64,000 nucleotides of DNA from Candidatus Thorarchaeota archaeon (GCA_046758445.1 JBHIAE010000001.1:32001-96000); one strand, 5' to 3'. Shown: positions 38,444-48,993, counted from the stretch's first letter. Program-made: numbers and translations. The notes: a model not told the origin generated them from the sequence alone.

Positions 38444-39943
38444 TTGCCATCAGCATTCCTTAGGGCTCTATCACCGTTCGTACGGGTGATGCCAGAGGTA
38501 AGGACACCTGACAGAGAGGTATCCTTCCGCGAGAAGTTAGTGTGGACGGGAGTAATCCTCGTTCTCTTCCTTCTCATGTCGCACATCCCCTTGTATGGTG
38601 TCGATAAGACAGTCGGGACTGACTATCTCTGGGCACTGCGAGTGATTCTCGCGAGTAAGAGAGGGACTCTGATGGAGCTGGGGATAGGGCCAATAGTCAC
38701 TGCAGGTCTGGTCATGCAGCTACTCTCGGGCTCAAAGATCATCGATGTTGACTTCAGCGACCCAGATGACAGAGCACAGTTCACCGGTGGGCAGAAGGTT
38801 CTAGCCATGGTAATGACAGCCTTCCAGTCCATCGCATACATCATTGGTAATGCCTACGGAACTCTGGGACCAGAGGCTGCACTACTGGTGTTCATGCAAT
38901 TGTTCATTGCGGGAATCGTTGTGATTCTAATGGACGAACTCATCCAGAAAGGATGGGGCCTTGGTTCGGGTGTTTCACTGTTCATCATGACGAACGTTGC
39001 CGGTCAAGTGATATTCAACGCGCTGAACTTCGTTGACCTAGAATCCGCGATAGCACCTGGCTACACAGATCCGACTAACCTTCCACGTGGTATCATCGCC
39101 GCTCTGCTAGCAAACACCATCAGGTTCTTTGGAATCGGCACGGATGTGGGTCCATTCATTGACTGGGGTTGGCTTCTGATTCGAGATGGTGTCAATCCAA
39201 GTCTGTTCACGCTCGCAATAACCCTGGTAATCGTGGTCGCAGTGGTATGGATGGAATCTGTCAGAGTTGAAATCCCACTACAGTATGCCAAGTATAGAGG
39301 AATGAAGGCTAGGTATCCCATCAAGCTGCTATATACCTCAAACATCCCAGTGATCTTGGCTCAGGCGCTATTCGCCAACATTCTGTTCTTCGGACAGATT
39401 ATCTCCACGAACTTCAACCCGACGGGCACAAATCCTCTGCTGAGCTGGATAGGAATCTTCCAGCAAGACCCTGACAGTGCGCGAATGATTGCGACGTTCG
39501 GCCTGTCTCGTTACGTGACTCCACCTCAAGGCATATTCAACGTCTTCGAGCAGCCTGACGGACTCTTACATATCGCGGTGTATTCGTTCTTGATGATCCT
39601 GTTATGTTGGGGCTTCTCTCGTGTTTGGACGGATATTGCTGGCATAGCCCCACGAGACGTGTCGCGCCAGCTTCTAGATAGCGGATACATTGTTCCTGGG
39701 TTCAGGAGAAGCGAGAAAGTGCTTGAACGTCTGCTGGATAGGTACATCCCGATTGTAGCGAGCCTTGGCGGTTTCCTCGTCGGAGTGTTAGCAGCTGCGG
39801 CAGATGTGGCAGGTGCACTTGCGAGCGGTACTGGTATTCTGCTTATGGTGTCAATCATCAAGCAGTACTACGAGCAGATTGCAAAGGAGCAACTAGCCGC
39901 TATGGGCGGCGAAGGCGTTGCTGGACTGCTTGGAATACTGTAG
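38444..39943 (+). CDS. secY: Preprotein translocase SecY/Sec61alpha
   Basis: GTLMELGIGPIVT, GLGSGVSLFI, YPIKLLYTSNIP, GTGILL. Confidence 0.98.
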   Translation: MPSAFLRALSPFVRVMPEVRTPDREVSFREKLVWTGVILVLFLLMSHIPLYGVDKTVGTDYLWALRVILASKRGTLMELGIGPIVTAGLVMQLLSGSKIIDVDFSDPDDRAQFTGGQKVLAMVMTAFQSIAYIIGNAYGTLGPEAALLVFMQLFIAGIVVILMDELIQKGWGLGSGVSLFIMTNVAGQVIFNALNFVDLESAIAPGYTDPTNLPRGIIAALLANTIRFFGIGTDVGPFIDWGWLLIRDGVNPSLFTLAITLVIVVAVVWMESVRVEIPLQYAKYRGMKARYPIKLLYTSNIPVILAQALFANILFFGQIISTNFNPTGTNPLLSWIGIFQQDPDSARMIATFGLSRYVTPPQGIFNVFEQPDGLLHIAVYSFLMILLCWGFSRVWTDIAGIAPRDVSRQLLDSGYIVPGFRRSEKVLERLLDRYIPIVASLGGFLVGVLAAAADVAGALASGTGILLMVSIIKQYYEQIAKEQLAAMGGEGVAGLLGIL

Positions 39944-39951
39944 TTTGTGTT

Positions 39952-39970
39952 GGCGAGGCTGCTCCTCGCC
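39952..39970 (+). terminator. GC-rich hairpin just after secY
   Basis: GGCGAGG-ctgct-CCTCGCC; no clear U-tract follows, so function is uncertain. Confidence 0.35.
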
Positions 39971-40104
39971 TCGCATTCCCTTCTTGGACTAGCCGAAATC
40001 ATGGACAGGATTTGGCACCAGGATTTGAGGCAAACCTATTATGTGATTTTGTATTCGCAGAGGACCTACAAACGAAGAGAAAGAGAAGCGCTGTGGTGTC
40101 AATA

Positions 40105-41145
40105 ATGGCGTCAAGCAGGGTTAGGTATGCACTTCCCGCACTATTCTTTGCAGCTGGCGTATGGGGAGCTATTCAGCTAATAGTAGATGTGACTTCTACG
40201 GCTGCTGTGAGCGATATTCTATCGGTATGGGGAGGCAGCGCATACGAAGACATCCTCTTTGTCATTGTATTGGGCTTGCCGATGTTGCTTCTTGAGTACA
40301 TAGGACTCGCAGTGCCAATGGCGATTCTGTTCTTGGTGATTGCGAAGGCCTTCAAGTCTGCCTCGTATGAGATGAACATCATGAACATTGGTGCCGAATT
40401 CGGCGGCATTCGCATGGTCCGAAGGGCAGCAACGCCAGCGTTGTTCAGTGTTAGTACGTCAGCATTTCTACAAGGGTGGATCCAGAGCAACTGGTTCAGC
40501 GTCACTGGAACGCTAACTACAGAGGATCAACTCATGTATGACCTTGCGCTGTCCTTGATTGCCGCACTTGTATTTCTCATTGTGGCCCTTCCGTTGTTCA
40601 CACCGACTTGGGTTTTGAACGATGCAGGGATAGTGACTCATCTGAAGTCAGACAAGATGAAGGTACGTCAGTGTCCTGACACACAAGGCGTAGGTCGATG
40701 GGTCGGGAATATTCTGGGAGGGTACGCCCTGATAGCATTCCCGATTGCAATGTTCATCACTCAATTCTGGGAGCCATACTTCGTTGAGCTTTCTAGACCA
40801 CTCACTAACACCAATCTTCTCATCAGCTTCCTCTGGATTCTGGGACTGCCACTCTTGGTGATGGCCTTCATTATGCCTGTGGTTGTGCTCAATGAGGCCT
40901 ATCAGAAGAGAATACGGCGCCGCCTAACAAGAATCGCCGTTAGGTTGGGTGCAACCGTCGTTTTGAAAGAGAAGATCGAAAAGGTTGAGAAACCCGAACT
41001 CCTGACAAAGAGAAGAAGAAAGAAGGAAGACTTGGGAATACTGGAGACACAAGAGGTAGTAGAGATTGTGACTTCAGCGAAGGGAGTCAAGACATACAAG
41101 AGGAAGAACGGCAAGAAGAAGAAACCCTCCAATAAGAAGAAATGA
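40105..41145 (+). CDS. Multi-pass membrane protein of unknown function
   Basis: About 6 hydrophobic segments and a basic C-terminal tail. Confidence 0.75.
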   Translation: MASSRVRYALPALFFAAGVWGAIQLIVDVTSTAAVSDILSVWGGSAYEDILFVIVLGLPMLLLEYIGLAVPMAILFLVIAKAFKSASYEMNIMNIGAEFGGIRMVRRAATPALFSVSTSAFLQGWIQSNWFSVTGTLTTEDQLMYDLALSLIAALVFLIVALPLFTPTWVLNDAGIVTHLKSDKMKVRQCPDTQGVGRWVGNILGGYALIAFPIAMFITQFWEPYFVELSRPLTNTNLLISFLWILGLPLLVMAFIMPVVVLNEAYQKRIRRRLTRIAVRLGATVVLKEKIEKVEKPELLTKRRRKKEDLGILETQEVVEIVTSAKGVKTYKRKNGKKKKPSNKKK

Positions 41146-41272
41146 ACAGCCCTTCTCGACTGACTTCGAGAGAATCTGACTCCCTGAAAGCCCAAGAGCC
41201 TACAGAACCTATATAACGAGCAGAGTAGGACCAACGGCCAGTCGTGCAAGAAGTACGATGTGGTCGGTCCTC

Positions 41273-41863
41273 ATGACGGAAGAAAGGAACGTGGTCATTG
41301 TCACTGGGATTCCAGGCGTTGGTAAGACCACAGTCATTGACACTGCTGTGGAGATAGTCAAGAGCCAGCACGGTGAAGAAGTCCTCGTTCTGAATATTGG
41401 TACAGAGATGTTTGAGATTGCTTCAAAGAAGGGACTCATACAAGACAGAGATGAACTTCGAAAGATGCGAACAGCCAATCAACGTGAGGTCCAGAGGTTG
41501 GCAGGAGAAGCCATCGCAAGGAAAGCGAAGACAGCCAGAGTCATTGTAGATACTCATACTCTCATACAGACTAAGAACGGTTTCCTCATTGGGCTCCCAG
41601 AGTGGGTAGCGAGGGCAATACAACCGAAGACCGTGGTCTTGGTTGAGGCCGACCCGGACAAGATAGCTAGTCGTAGAAGCTCAGACGGTACCAGGACTCG
41701 TGATGACCAGTTGATAGAGGAGATTGACACACATCAGAGGATGTGCCGTGCAGCTGCTGTTTCAGTCGGGACATTGACTGGAGCAACCGTCAGAGTAATC
41801 AAGAACCGCGAGGGAAAGGTAGAAGAGGCGGCTACCGAACTAGCGTCAACACTGATGGAGTAA
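41273..41863 (+). CDS. adkA: Adenylate kinase (archaeal type)
   Basis: GIPGVGKTT, RDELRK, VDTH, GLP. Confidence 0.95.
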   Translation: MTEERNVVIVTGIPGVGKTTVIDTAVEIVKSQHGEEVLVLNIGTEMFEIASKKGLIQDRDELRKMRTANQREVQRLAGEAIARKAKTARVIVDTHTLIQTKNGFLIGLPEWVARAIQPKTVVLVEADPDKIASRRSSDGTRTRDDQLIEEIDTHQRMCRAAAVSVGTLTGATVRVIKNREGKVEEAATELASTLME

Positions 41864-41869
41864 TGTCTG

Positions 41870-42448
41870 ATGCAAGATCCGTTTGGTGACTTCATGGCAT
41901 GGTTCAACGTAGTCTTCGCCATTTTCAAGACGCCACCATTCTCCGCCCTCTTCATAATGGCAATCTCAATGAGCATCACAACAATCAGTAACCTTGCGAT
42001 GAGGCGGTTCTCTGATATGCGACGCCTGAACAGATACCAGGCTGAGATCAAGCAGCATCAGGAGATGCAGAAAGAGGCCGAGAAGACACAGAATGAGAAG
42101 TTGGCAAGGAAGGTGAAACGGAGAAAGGCCTATATCGAGCGGATTCAGCGGGAGATGATGACCCAGCGTTGCAAGCCCTCCTTGATGTTCTTCATTCCAT
42201 TCATCATACTGTTTGCAGTCTTGCGGGCTTTCTACTTCATCATAGATGATCCCATCACGGGTGCAGGTCACGACCAAGTTGTCGCGGTTATTCCTTTCAG
42301 TGTGCACAAGCTTCTACCCTTCCTTGTCGGCTGGCTTGGCGTTCCCACACCATATGGATTCGGCATGACATTCTTTGGATTCTATATGCTAGTTGGACTC
42401 GGCCTTGGTCAGATACTCCAGCGAGTAATGGGAGTTTCACTTACCTAG
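41870..42448 (+). CDS. DUF106/EMC3/TMCO1 (Oxa1-superfamily) membrane protein
   Basis: TM1, cytosolic coiled coil, KP-TM2, TM3; conserved position after adk. Confidence 0.9.
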   Translation: MQDPFGDFMAWFNVVFAIFKTPPFSALFIMAISMSITTISNLAMRRFSDMRRLNRYQAEIKQHQEMQKEAEKTQNEKLARKVKRRKAYIERIQREMMTQRCKPSLMFFIPFIILFAVLRAFYFIIDDPITGAGHDQVVAVIPFSVHKLLPFLVGWLGVPTPYGFGMTFFGFYMLVGLGLGQILQRVMGVSLT

Positions 42449-42540
42449 CGGCTGTTCAGAGATGCAATGTACCGGTTTCCTTAAATGTGAAGACCGAGGG
42501 CTCAAAGGAAAAGCCCCTGAGTATAAATTGGGTGAGTGTA

Positions 42541-42810
42541 ATGCCACGTCCAGGTCTACTTACCAAAGGAAGAGCAGGTCGTACAATAAGGACTCCTGGA
42601 GGAAGACATGCTTTCCATCGCCAGAAGTCCTACAAAGCCGCAGGCACCTGCGCATTGACCAGCAAGAAGATGCAACTCCCACGAGGGGCTAAACAGCGAC
42701 GAACTGGAAAATCAAGTCGCTCCTCCAAGAGACCCAACCGCCCATATGGTGGCTTCGCCACTTCAAGGGCTGTAAGAAGGGGAATAATACGCAAAGCACG
42801 AGAACAGTAA
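42541..42810 (+). CDS. rpl34e: 50S ribosomal protein eL34
   Basis: MPRP, RTPGG, S.RP.RPYGG; synteny. Confidence 0.92.
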   Translation: MPRPGLLTKGRAGRTIRTPGGRHAFHRQKSYKAAGTCALTSKKMQLPRGAKQRRTGKSSRSSKRPNRPYGGFATSRAVRRGIIRKAREQ

Positions 42811-42811
42811 G

Positions 42812-43357
42812 ATGAAGCGCGTTGTGACGATCGGCGGGCTCCATGGGACAGGAAAGAGTTCCGTGGCAGACAAGATTTCAAAGAAATTCAATCTGAGAAG
42901 AGTTTCGGCGGGAATCATCTTTCGTAGGCTGGCTGATGAAAGAGGACTCACACTTGAGGAGTTCAGTAGAATAGCCGAACAAGACGAGGAAATTGACCTT
43001 CTTCTGGATGATACGCTCAAGACTGAGGCTGAAAAGGGCAATGTCGTAATCGATGGACAGCTTGCTGCATGGATGGCTGGCGAGCATGCGGACTTCAAGA
43101 TCCTTCTGACAGCTCCTCTTGACGTTCGAATAAAGAGAATCTCAGAGCGAGATGGTACGGAATACGAGTATGCCAAACGTGAAACGATTGCACGCGAAGG
43201 CAGTGAGAGTGCAAGATACAAGGAGTTCTACGGAGTGGACATCTCCGACCAGTCAATCTATGACCTTGTTCTGCGCACGGATAGGTACGACCTTGATGGA
43301 GTAATCACCATTCTTACAACAGCAATCCGGACATTCTTTGAGCAGAATGATAAGTAG
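42812..43357 (+). CDS. cmk: Cytidylate kinase
   Basis: G..GTGKSS, SAG.IFR, YDLV. Confidence 0.93.
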   Translation: MKRVVTIGGLHGTGKSSVADKISKKFNLRRVSAGIIFRRLADERGLTLEEFSRIAEQDEEIDLLLDDTLKTEAEKGNVVIDGQLAAWMAGEHADFKILLTAPLDVRIKRISERDGTEYEYAKRETIAREGSESARYKEFYGVDISDQSIYDLVLRTDRYDLDGVITILTTAIRTFFEQNDK

Positions 43358-43479
43358 TCTGAAGCGTAAGGCTGATATGGCAATCCGAGGTCCAGAGTCT
43401 GTTCTCCCTGTCCAAAGGGATGAGTCTGTGAGGCGACTTGCGGTTTCAGCTAGACCGAGGACCGGCGAGGTGTGTTGAA

Positions 43480-43761
43480 ATGACTTTGTACAAAGTTGGA
43501 CGTGTTTGTGTCAAGACAGTGGGTCGGGAAACCGGAAGCTACTGCGTGATAGTAGATGAAATGGAGGGTAGATTCGTGGTGGTGACCGGGCCTAAGCACA
43601 TTAGCAATGTGCGTAGACGTAAGTGTAACACTCGTCATCTTGAGCCTCTTGAGATAGAGCTGCCGATAGAGAAAGGAGCAGAAGACAGTGCAGTGGAGAG
43701 GGCACTTTCAGAGGCGGGACTGACGGAGAGATTCAGGGAGAAGATTAGGCTGCCACAGTAG
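43480..43761 (+). CDS. rpl14e: 50S ribosomal protein eL14
   Basis: GRVCVK..GRE.G..CVIVD, VRRRK.N..HLEP. Confidence 0.95.
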   Translation: MTLYKVGRVCVKTVGRETGSYCVIVDEMEGRFVVVTGPKHISNVRRRKCNTRHLEPLEIELPIEKGAEDSAVERALSEAGLTERFREKIRLPQ

Positions 43762-43801
43762 TTGAGGGTCATAGTGTGGGCGTCGTTGGGGGGGAGAAGC
43801 G

Positions 43802-44812
43802 TTGAAGGGCCTTCTGCCAGCAGACGAACCGCGAGAAACTATCCTCAAGTCCAGTGAGACGTCTAATCAAGACTACGGATTCTCATCACTGGATAGTCTT
43901 CCAATCGAATACTTGCTTGAGAACAGTGTGATTACCATAGACAAGCCTTCTGGGCCAACGAGTCACGAGGTAGCTACATGGGTTCGCAGAATCTTGCATG
44001 CTGAACGTGTCGGACACGGTGGAACTCTCGACCCGGCAGTAACTGGAATACTGCCCACTGGAGTTGGCAATGCTACCAAGGCGATGCAGGCATTATTGCC
44101 TGCAGGGAAGGAGTACGTCTGTGTGATGGAACTCCACCGCTTAGTGGATCATGAAGAAATCCGTAGAGTCATCAACGAGTTCGTTGGCAAGATCTATCAG
44201 AAGCCTCCCCTGAGATCATCTGTCAGAAGGGTCCTCCGGGTGAGGGAGGTCTACTACAACGAGATAATCGAAACTAAGGGTCGTCTTGTTCTGTTCAGAG
44301 TGGGATGCCAAGCTGGAACGTACATTCGTAAGCTCTGCTTCGACATTGGAGAGGCCCTGGGCTCGGGGGCCAATATGAGAGAACTCCGCCGAACTCGTGT
44401 TGGACCGTTTCGAGAGGATGAGCATCTTTGCTCGCTCTATGACCTCAAAGATGCCTACAGTTTCTGGAAAGAAGAGGGCGACGAACATGAGCTTCGGAAG
44501 TACCTCCTGCCACTTGAGTTCTGTTTCAGCCATCTTCCTTCAATAGAAGTTCGTGATAGTGCAGTAGATGCAATCTGCCACGGTGCGAATCTCGCGGCCA
44601 ATGGAATTGTTAGTCTGAGCAGTGGTCTGAGAAAGGGCGACATTGTGGTTCTGAAGACCTTGAAAGGCGAGGCAATTGCCATTGCAAAGAGTTCTGCTAC
44701 ATCAGATTCAATGGCCAAAGCGAAGAGTGGCATCGTTGCGACAATTGACCGAGTGTTGATGGAGAGAGGGCGTTATCCTTCGATGTGGAAGAAGCGAGCT
44801 GCCGAGAAGTAG
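43802..44812 (+). CDS. cbf5: H/ACA pseudouridine synthase Cbf5
   Basis: DKPSGPTSHEV, GHGGTLDP, GTYIRKLC, PUA domain. Confidence 0.96.
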   Translation: MKGLLPADEPRETILKSSETSNQDYGFSSLDSLPIEYLLENSVITIDKPSGPTSHEVATWVRRILHAERVGHGGTLDPAVTGILPTGVGNATKAMQALLPAGKEYVCVMELHRLVDHEEIRRVINEFVGKIYQKPPLRSSVRRVLRVREVYYNEIIETKGRLVLFRVGCQAGTYIRKLCFDIGEALGSGANMRELRRTRVGPFREDEHLCSLYDLKDAYSFWKEEGDEHELRKYLLPLEFCFSHLPSIEVRDSAVDAICHGANLAANGIVSLSSGLRKGDIVVLKTLKGEAIAIAKSSATSDSMAKAKSGIVATIDRVLMERGRYPSMWKKRAAEK

Positions 44813-44864
44813 TAACACATCAGAAGCTGACCATCTTTTTATGCAGACGTTCAGATGATTGATT

Positions 44865-45213
44865 GGCCTTGGAGCAGAAGCGCAACTGACGGTACTCGTC
44901 CCTCGGGATGAGAGCTGAGGAAGCTCCCGACTCCTATCGACACCAGTCCTGCGCGAGCAGGGAGGCGAGAGCCTTGCTCTGGGAACAGAAACGACACCCC
45001 CGAGCCGGAGATGACAATGATGCAGCATCTGAAGCTGCTGAGGATTGGTTCGGACCGGTTGAAACGGCCCAACACTGGGGAGCAATCTCAAGAATACATC
45101 TGTGAGTGTCGATGTGAGATGTAGGGTAGAGAGCACAGTTTGATGTTGCAAGATCCCGTTTTGGCAACAAAGCGGAATGGAACAGAATCGGGGCTACTCT
45201 CTGCACCAAGGCC
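44865..45213 (+). ncRNA. rnpB: RNase P RNA
   Basis: P1 GGCCUUGG/CCAAGGCC; GAGGAAGCUCCCGA pairs with UCGGGGCU (P4 with bulged U); ACAGAAA, UGAAACGG and AACAGAA conserved regions; TTTTTAT promoter at 44836. Confidence 0.93.
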
Positions 45214-45223
45214 ATTCATTCGC

Positions 45224-45793
45224 CTATTGATCTGGTTTCTCGTGCTCTCTCATTATCTCCTTTTGGATCTCGACAACCTCGCTACTGGTGCCACATGCTG
45301 AGTACGCTTCTAGCCACTCCTTGTTTAACGCGATGAAGGAGGGTCCCCACTTGAAGACGGATATGACGTCATCTGCACTTTCTCTCAAACCCAGGATGTA
45401 GAGCGCTGCTGCAACCGCTTCAGCAGTGGAGAGTTTGATTGGCTTGTATGTGTTGATGGGGTTTGCAGCCAGCAAATATGGTAGTGCTCTCTGGTTTCCA
45501 GTCTTGGATCTCATGAAAAGACCCTCAGCTTGCTTCCATGAGCAATCAAGAGCCACGAGACCAGAGCCGAGGGCGGAGTTTCTATCAGCTACAGAAAGGG
45601 CGGTTTCAGCCGCCGGGTTCAGCACAACAGAACCGGATGGAATGCGCTGTAGAGTACGGATGACGTTCGCCTTCTTCATCCTCTCAAGGCGAGTTCCCGT
45701 ACACTTCTTGGGATCACACTGTCCAGCATGGTAGATCATGATACGCGGAAGGTTTCTAGGGTTGTCGGTCACGATTAGTAGTACCATACACAA
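45224..45793 (-). CDS. tsr3: SSU rRNA aminocarboxypropyltransferase Tsr3
   Basis: CDPKKCTG, LDCSW, RALP.L.AANP.N, F.WG..F. Confidence 0.95.
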   Translation of the reverse strand: MCMVLLIVTDNPRNLPRIMIYHAGQCDPKKCTGTRLERMKKANVIRTLQRIPSGSVVLNPAAETALSVADRNSALGSGLVALDCSWKQAEGLFMRSKTGNQRALPYLLAANPINTYKPIKLSTAEAVAAALYILGLRESADDVISVFKWGPSFIALNKEWLEAYSACGTSSEVVEIQKEIMREHEKPDQ

Positions 45794-45836
45794 CAGATTT
45801 CAGGCTTCCCATGAAGCACGTCATCAGTGGAACGAT

Positions 45837-46112
45837 TTGATTCGGTTTTCTCCTGGCGATCTGTGCGAGTTGTGTGGCTCTCACAACCTCAGCCCAAACC
45901 TATGTAATATGTGCGGGGCGGTAGTCTGCTCCGACTGCAGCACAAAAGACAATTACATCTGCCTTGCCTGTTTCGAGGCGCGGTGCTCCATCTGCGGGGA
46001 GTATCTATCATCGCGTGCTTGCAACCGATGTGGGAGATTAGTCTGCGAGGATCACGGAGTCAAAGAGGGAGAAGCGACTATCTGCAATGTTTGTCAGGCG
46101 GAGTTGGAATGA
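45837..46112 (+). CDS. Tandem zinc-finger protein
   Basis: Two repeats of CxxC-x7/8-CxxCG-xx-VCxx(C/H)-x-ICxxC; stop overlaps the tiaS start; TTG start inferred. Confidence 0.75.
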   Translation: MIRFSPGDLCELCGSHNLSPNLCNMCGAVVCSDCSTKDNYICLACFEARCSICGEYLSSRACNRCGRLVCEDHGVKEGEATICNVCQAELE

Positions 46113-47443
46113 CAGTCACTTCGATTCACATTGGAATGGACGACATCGATAGTCCAAGAGGTGGTTGTACAACCCACTTCGCGAGCCTGATTGTTCAGAA
46201 ACTCTCATCCCTTGGAGCTGACTGGCAGGACTATCCGAACTTGATTAGGCTCAATCCTAACATACCATTCAGAACGCGTGGCAATGGCGCAGTAGCAATC
46301 AGGTTTGAAATCGACGGAGGAGAAGTCGAGAACGTACTATCAATTCTTGAGAGAATGATTCAAGATTACGTGGAGATGGACTATTCAAACACCAATCCGG
46401 GAGTTGTGTTGGTTCAGGGGAAAGTCCCTCAGGATGTCGACATCTTCTCACAGCGAGCAATGTGGAGGACTATTCCGATTGACGTAGGGGAAAGAGTTGT
46501 TGAGAGAAATGACATTCAACATATCAAGTGGGGGAACGGAAGAGGTCTAGTAGGCGCTTTGTCGGCTGTAGGGAATCCATTGGATGATGACCACACATAC
46601 GAATTCATCGCTTATCGCTCAGTCGATTCGATTTCCCAGCCAAGGGGGGTTCACAAGGAGTCAGTCATTGAGATGGACAAGCAGATGAGTGATAGTCTGT
46701 TCTCAAACGTGGATGAGAGAACGGGGCGGGTTCTCATCGTCCCACATGGTCCAGATCCAGTGCTCTATGGAATTAGGGGTGAGCAACCTGAGAGTGTGAA
46801 GAGGGCATCGTCCAAGGTCGAGAGCGATCAGAAAGTCGACAGATGGATGATATTCAGAACAAACCAGGGCACTGGAGCACACCTTAGGAATTGTGTCTAT
46901 GTGAATGACTTGAGAGCATACATGGCAGTAGTCGTGCACGGCATAGTTGACAAGAAGCCCAGAATATTCGAGGGGGGACATGTCTTATTCGGTATAGGTG
47001 ACTGTTCAGGTAGGGCGGACTGTGCCGCGTACGAGCCATCTGGAGAATTCAGAGAGGTAGTAGGAAGCCTTGTCGAAGGCGATCAGGTCATGGTTCAAGC
47101 TGGAGTCCGTCCTGCATCGAGAACACATGGACTGACCCTGAATGTGGAGGGCCTTGATGTGTTGAAACTTGCAGAAACTTTCAATGTGATTAACCCCCTT
47201 TGTCCACATTGTCTAAAGCGAATGAAGAGTGCTGGAAAGGACAAAGGATACAAGTGCTTCAATTGTGGGTTCAAAGACCCGAAGGCTAAGAGAACCGAAA
47301 CGCCTGTGAAACGCAAACTCAGAGAAACAGTCTATCTTCCTCCGCCGAGAGCACAGAGACACCTGACGCGTCCCTTGGTAAGGATGAATCGGAGAAACCA
47401 AGGTGTCCCAGACCGACTAATCGCTGAATGGCATAGACCCTAA
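46109..47443 (+). CDS. tiaS: tRNA(Ile2) agmatinylcytidine synthase
   Basis: IG.DD.DS..GGCTT, RLNPNIP..TRGN, P.GPDPVLYGIRG, TNQGT, RHLTRP. Confidence 0.96.
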   Translation: MTVTSIHIGMDDIDSPRGGCTTHFASLIVQKLSSLGADWQDYPNLIRLNPNIPFRTRGNGAVAIRFEIDGGEVENVLSILERMIQDYVEMDYSNTNPGVVLVQGKVPQDVDIFSQRAMWRTIPIDVGERVVERNDIQHIKWGNGRGLVGALSAVGNPLDDDHTYEFIAYRSVDSISQPRGVHKESVIEMDKQMSDSLFSNVDERTGRVLIVPHGPDPVLYGIRGEQPESVKRASSKVESDQKVDRWMIFRTNQGTGAHLRNCVYVNDLRAYMAVVVHGIVDKKPRIFEGGHVLFGIGDCSGRADCAAYEPSGEFREVVGSLVEGDQVMVQAGVRPASRTHGLTLNVEGLDVLKLAETFNVINPLCPHCLKRMKSAGKDKGYKCFNCGFKDPKAKRTETPVKRKLRETVYLPPPRAQRHLTRPLVRMNRRNQGVPDRLIAEWHRP

Positions 47444-47474
47444 TCTATGACAGTCATTATGCAGTCGGATAGTC

Positions 47475-47876
47475 CTATACTCGTCGGCCTCGACGTCCGC
47501 CAGGCTTCCTTGTTCCGTCGTGCGGAATTGGTGTGACCTCGTCGATGATTCCAATCCTTAGGCCAGCTCTGCTAAGGGCACGAATCGCTGCCTGCGCACC
47601 GGGCCCTGGAGTCTTTGGACCACTGCCACCAGGAGCACGCACACGTATGTGAATACCATAGATGCCTTTGTCCTTGGCTTCTCTCGCTGCCTGAAACGCT
47701 GCCTGCATTGCCGCATGAGGTGACGATTCGTTGCGATCGGCCTTCACCATCATGCCACCGCTGTACCGTGCAATTGTTTCCGCACCTGTGATGTCGGTGA
47801 CATGAATGATGGTGTCGTTATATGACGCAAAGATGTGTGCAATTCCCCACTTTGTGCGCTCTTCGCTCCTACTCAT
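47475..47876 (-). CDS. rps11: 30S ribosomal protein uS11
   Basis: [31 protein letters not shown]. Confidence 0.98.
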   Translation of the reverse strand: MSRSEERTKWGIAHIFASYNDTIIHVTDITGAETIARYSGGMMVKADRNESSPHAAMQAAFQAAREAKDKGIYGIHIRVRAPGGSGPKTPGPGAQAAIRALSRAGLRIGIIDEVTPIPHDGTRKPGGRRGRRV

Positions 47877-47887
47877 TGCTCGACACC

Positions 47888-48520
47888 TTACCTCCGGTTA
47901 TTCCTGTTAGTTGAATCAATTTGCTCGCCTTCATTAGACGCAGGGACGTCATCCACGCCCTCAATGGCCGCGACAGCCTTAGCAGCAATCCGCTGTGCAG
48001 CTGCAGACGCTGCAATTCTCGCGGGGTGTGAGTCATCATTGAGGGGAGATTTAGCAACGTAACTCATTCTCGCCTCTTCGTCGAGAGTAATCAGCCTAGA
48101 AGGTGTACTCAGCTTTGCCCCATCGAGGGCGATATGACCATGCGTGACAAGCTGCCGGGCATGATAGGCCGAGCTTGCCATGCCCTTCCTGAAGACTATA
48201 GTCTGTAATCTGCGTTCCAAGAGATTCTCCAGAGTAAGATCAAGAACGCTATCCAAGGTGGGCTCTCCAGTGAGGATTCCCAGCCGTACAAGCTTGTCTA
48301 CGAGTTCTCGCTCGAACGTGGCCCTCTCTGCCGCTGTCAGTGCTAGCAAGTTTCTGGCTTGTCTTCTGTATCGGGAGAGCTCTGTTCTGTGCCTCCACAG
48401 CTCTCTCTTGTTGCGAAGACCATATGACCCTATCAACTGGAGTTCACTCTCGAATCTTTCGCTGTCATAGGGACGCTTCGGCGTCACGTACTTCTTCTTC
48501 TGTCGACGAGGGTCACCCAT
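47888..48520 (-). CDS. rps4: 30S ribosomal protein uS4
   Basis: [28 protein letters not shown]. Confidence 0.97.
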   Translation of the reverse strand: MGDPRRQKKKYVTPKRPYDSERFESELQLIGSYGLRNKRELWRHRTELSRYRRQARNLLALTAAERATFERELVDKLVRLGILTGEPTLDSVLDLTLENLLERRLQTIVFRKGMASSAYHARQLVTHGHIALDGAKLSTPSRLITLDEEARMSYVAKSPLNDDSHPARIAASAAAQRIAAKAVAAIEGVDDVPASNEGEQIDSTNRNNRR

Positions 48521-48540
48521 TCTCTCATAACCTCACAGTG

Positions 48541-48993
48541 CTACTTCACTCTCTTTCTGGACACGCCAACAGCTACACCGCCACGGCCAGTCGTTCTCGT
48601 ATGTTGTCCTCTGACTTTCAATCCTAAGGAGTGTCTTACTCCTCTCCATGACCTGATACGCTTCAATCGGTCGATGTCGCTCCTGTGAGCAAACTCCAAG
48701 TCAGAACCAGTCAGATGGAGCATCCTTCCGCTTGTGCGATCTCGCGGTCTGTTTACATACCAGTCGGGCATCCCAGCAGATACAGGGTCCTTCAATATCT
48801 TCTCAATCTTGGCTATCTGAGTATCCGTCAAGTAACCCAGTCTATCTTTTGGATCAAAGCTTAGCTGGGTCAATATTGCCTTCGATAGCCTGAGACCTAT
48901 ACCCCGTACCCGGGTGAGACCCTGGAGTAGATTCTCCTGGCCATCGATGTCATGGCCTGCGATACGTACGATATGTCGATAATCCTCGGACAT
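48541..48993 (-). CDS. rps13: 30S ribosomal protein uS13
   Basis: GIG, RG.RH..GLKVRGQ.TRTTGR. Confidence 0.97.
   Translation of the reverse strand: MSEDYRHIVRIAGHDIDGQENLLQGLTRVRGIGLRLSKAILTQLSFDPKDRLGYLTDTQIAKIEKILKDPVSAGMPDWYVNRPRDRTSGRMLHLTGSDLEFAHRSDIDRLKRIRSWRGVRHSLGLKVRGQHTRTTGRGGVAVGVSRKRVK

Noticed and set aside
44708-45215. Several short ORFs on both strands
   Set aside because: They overlap the RNase P RNA
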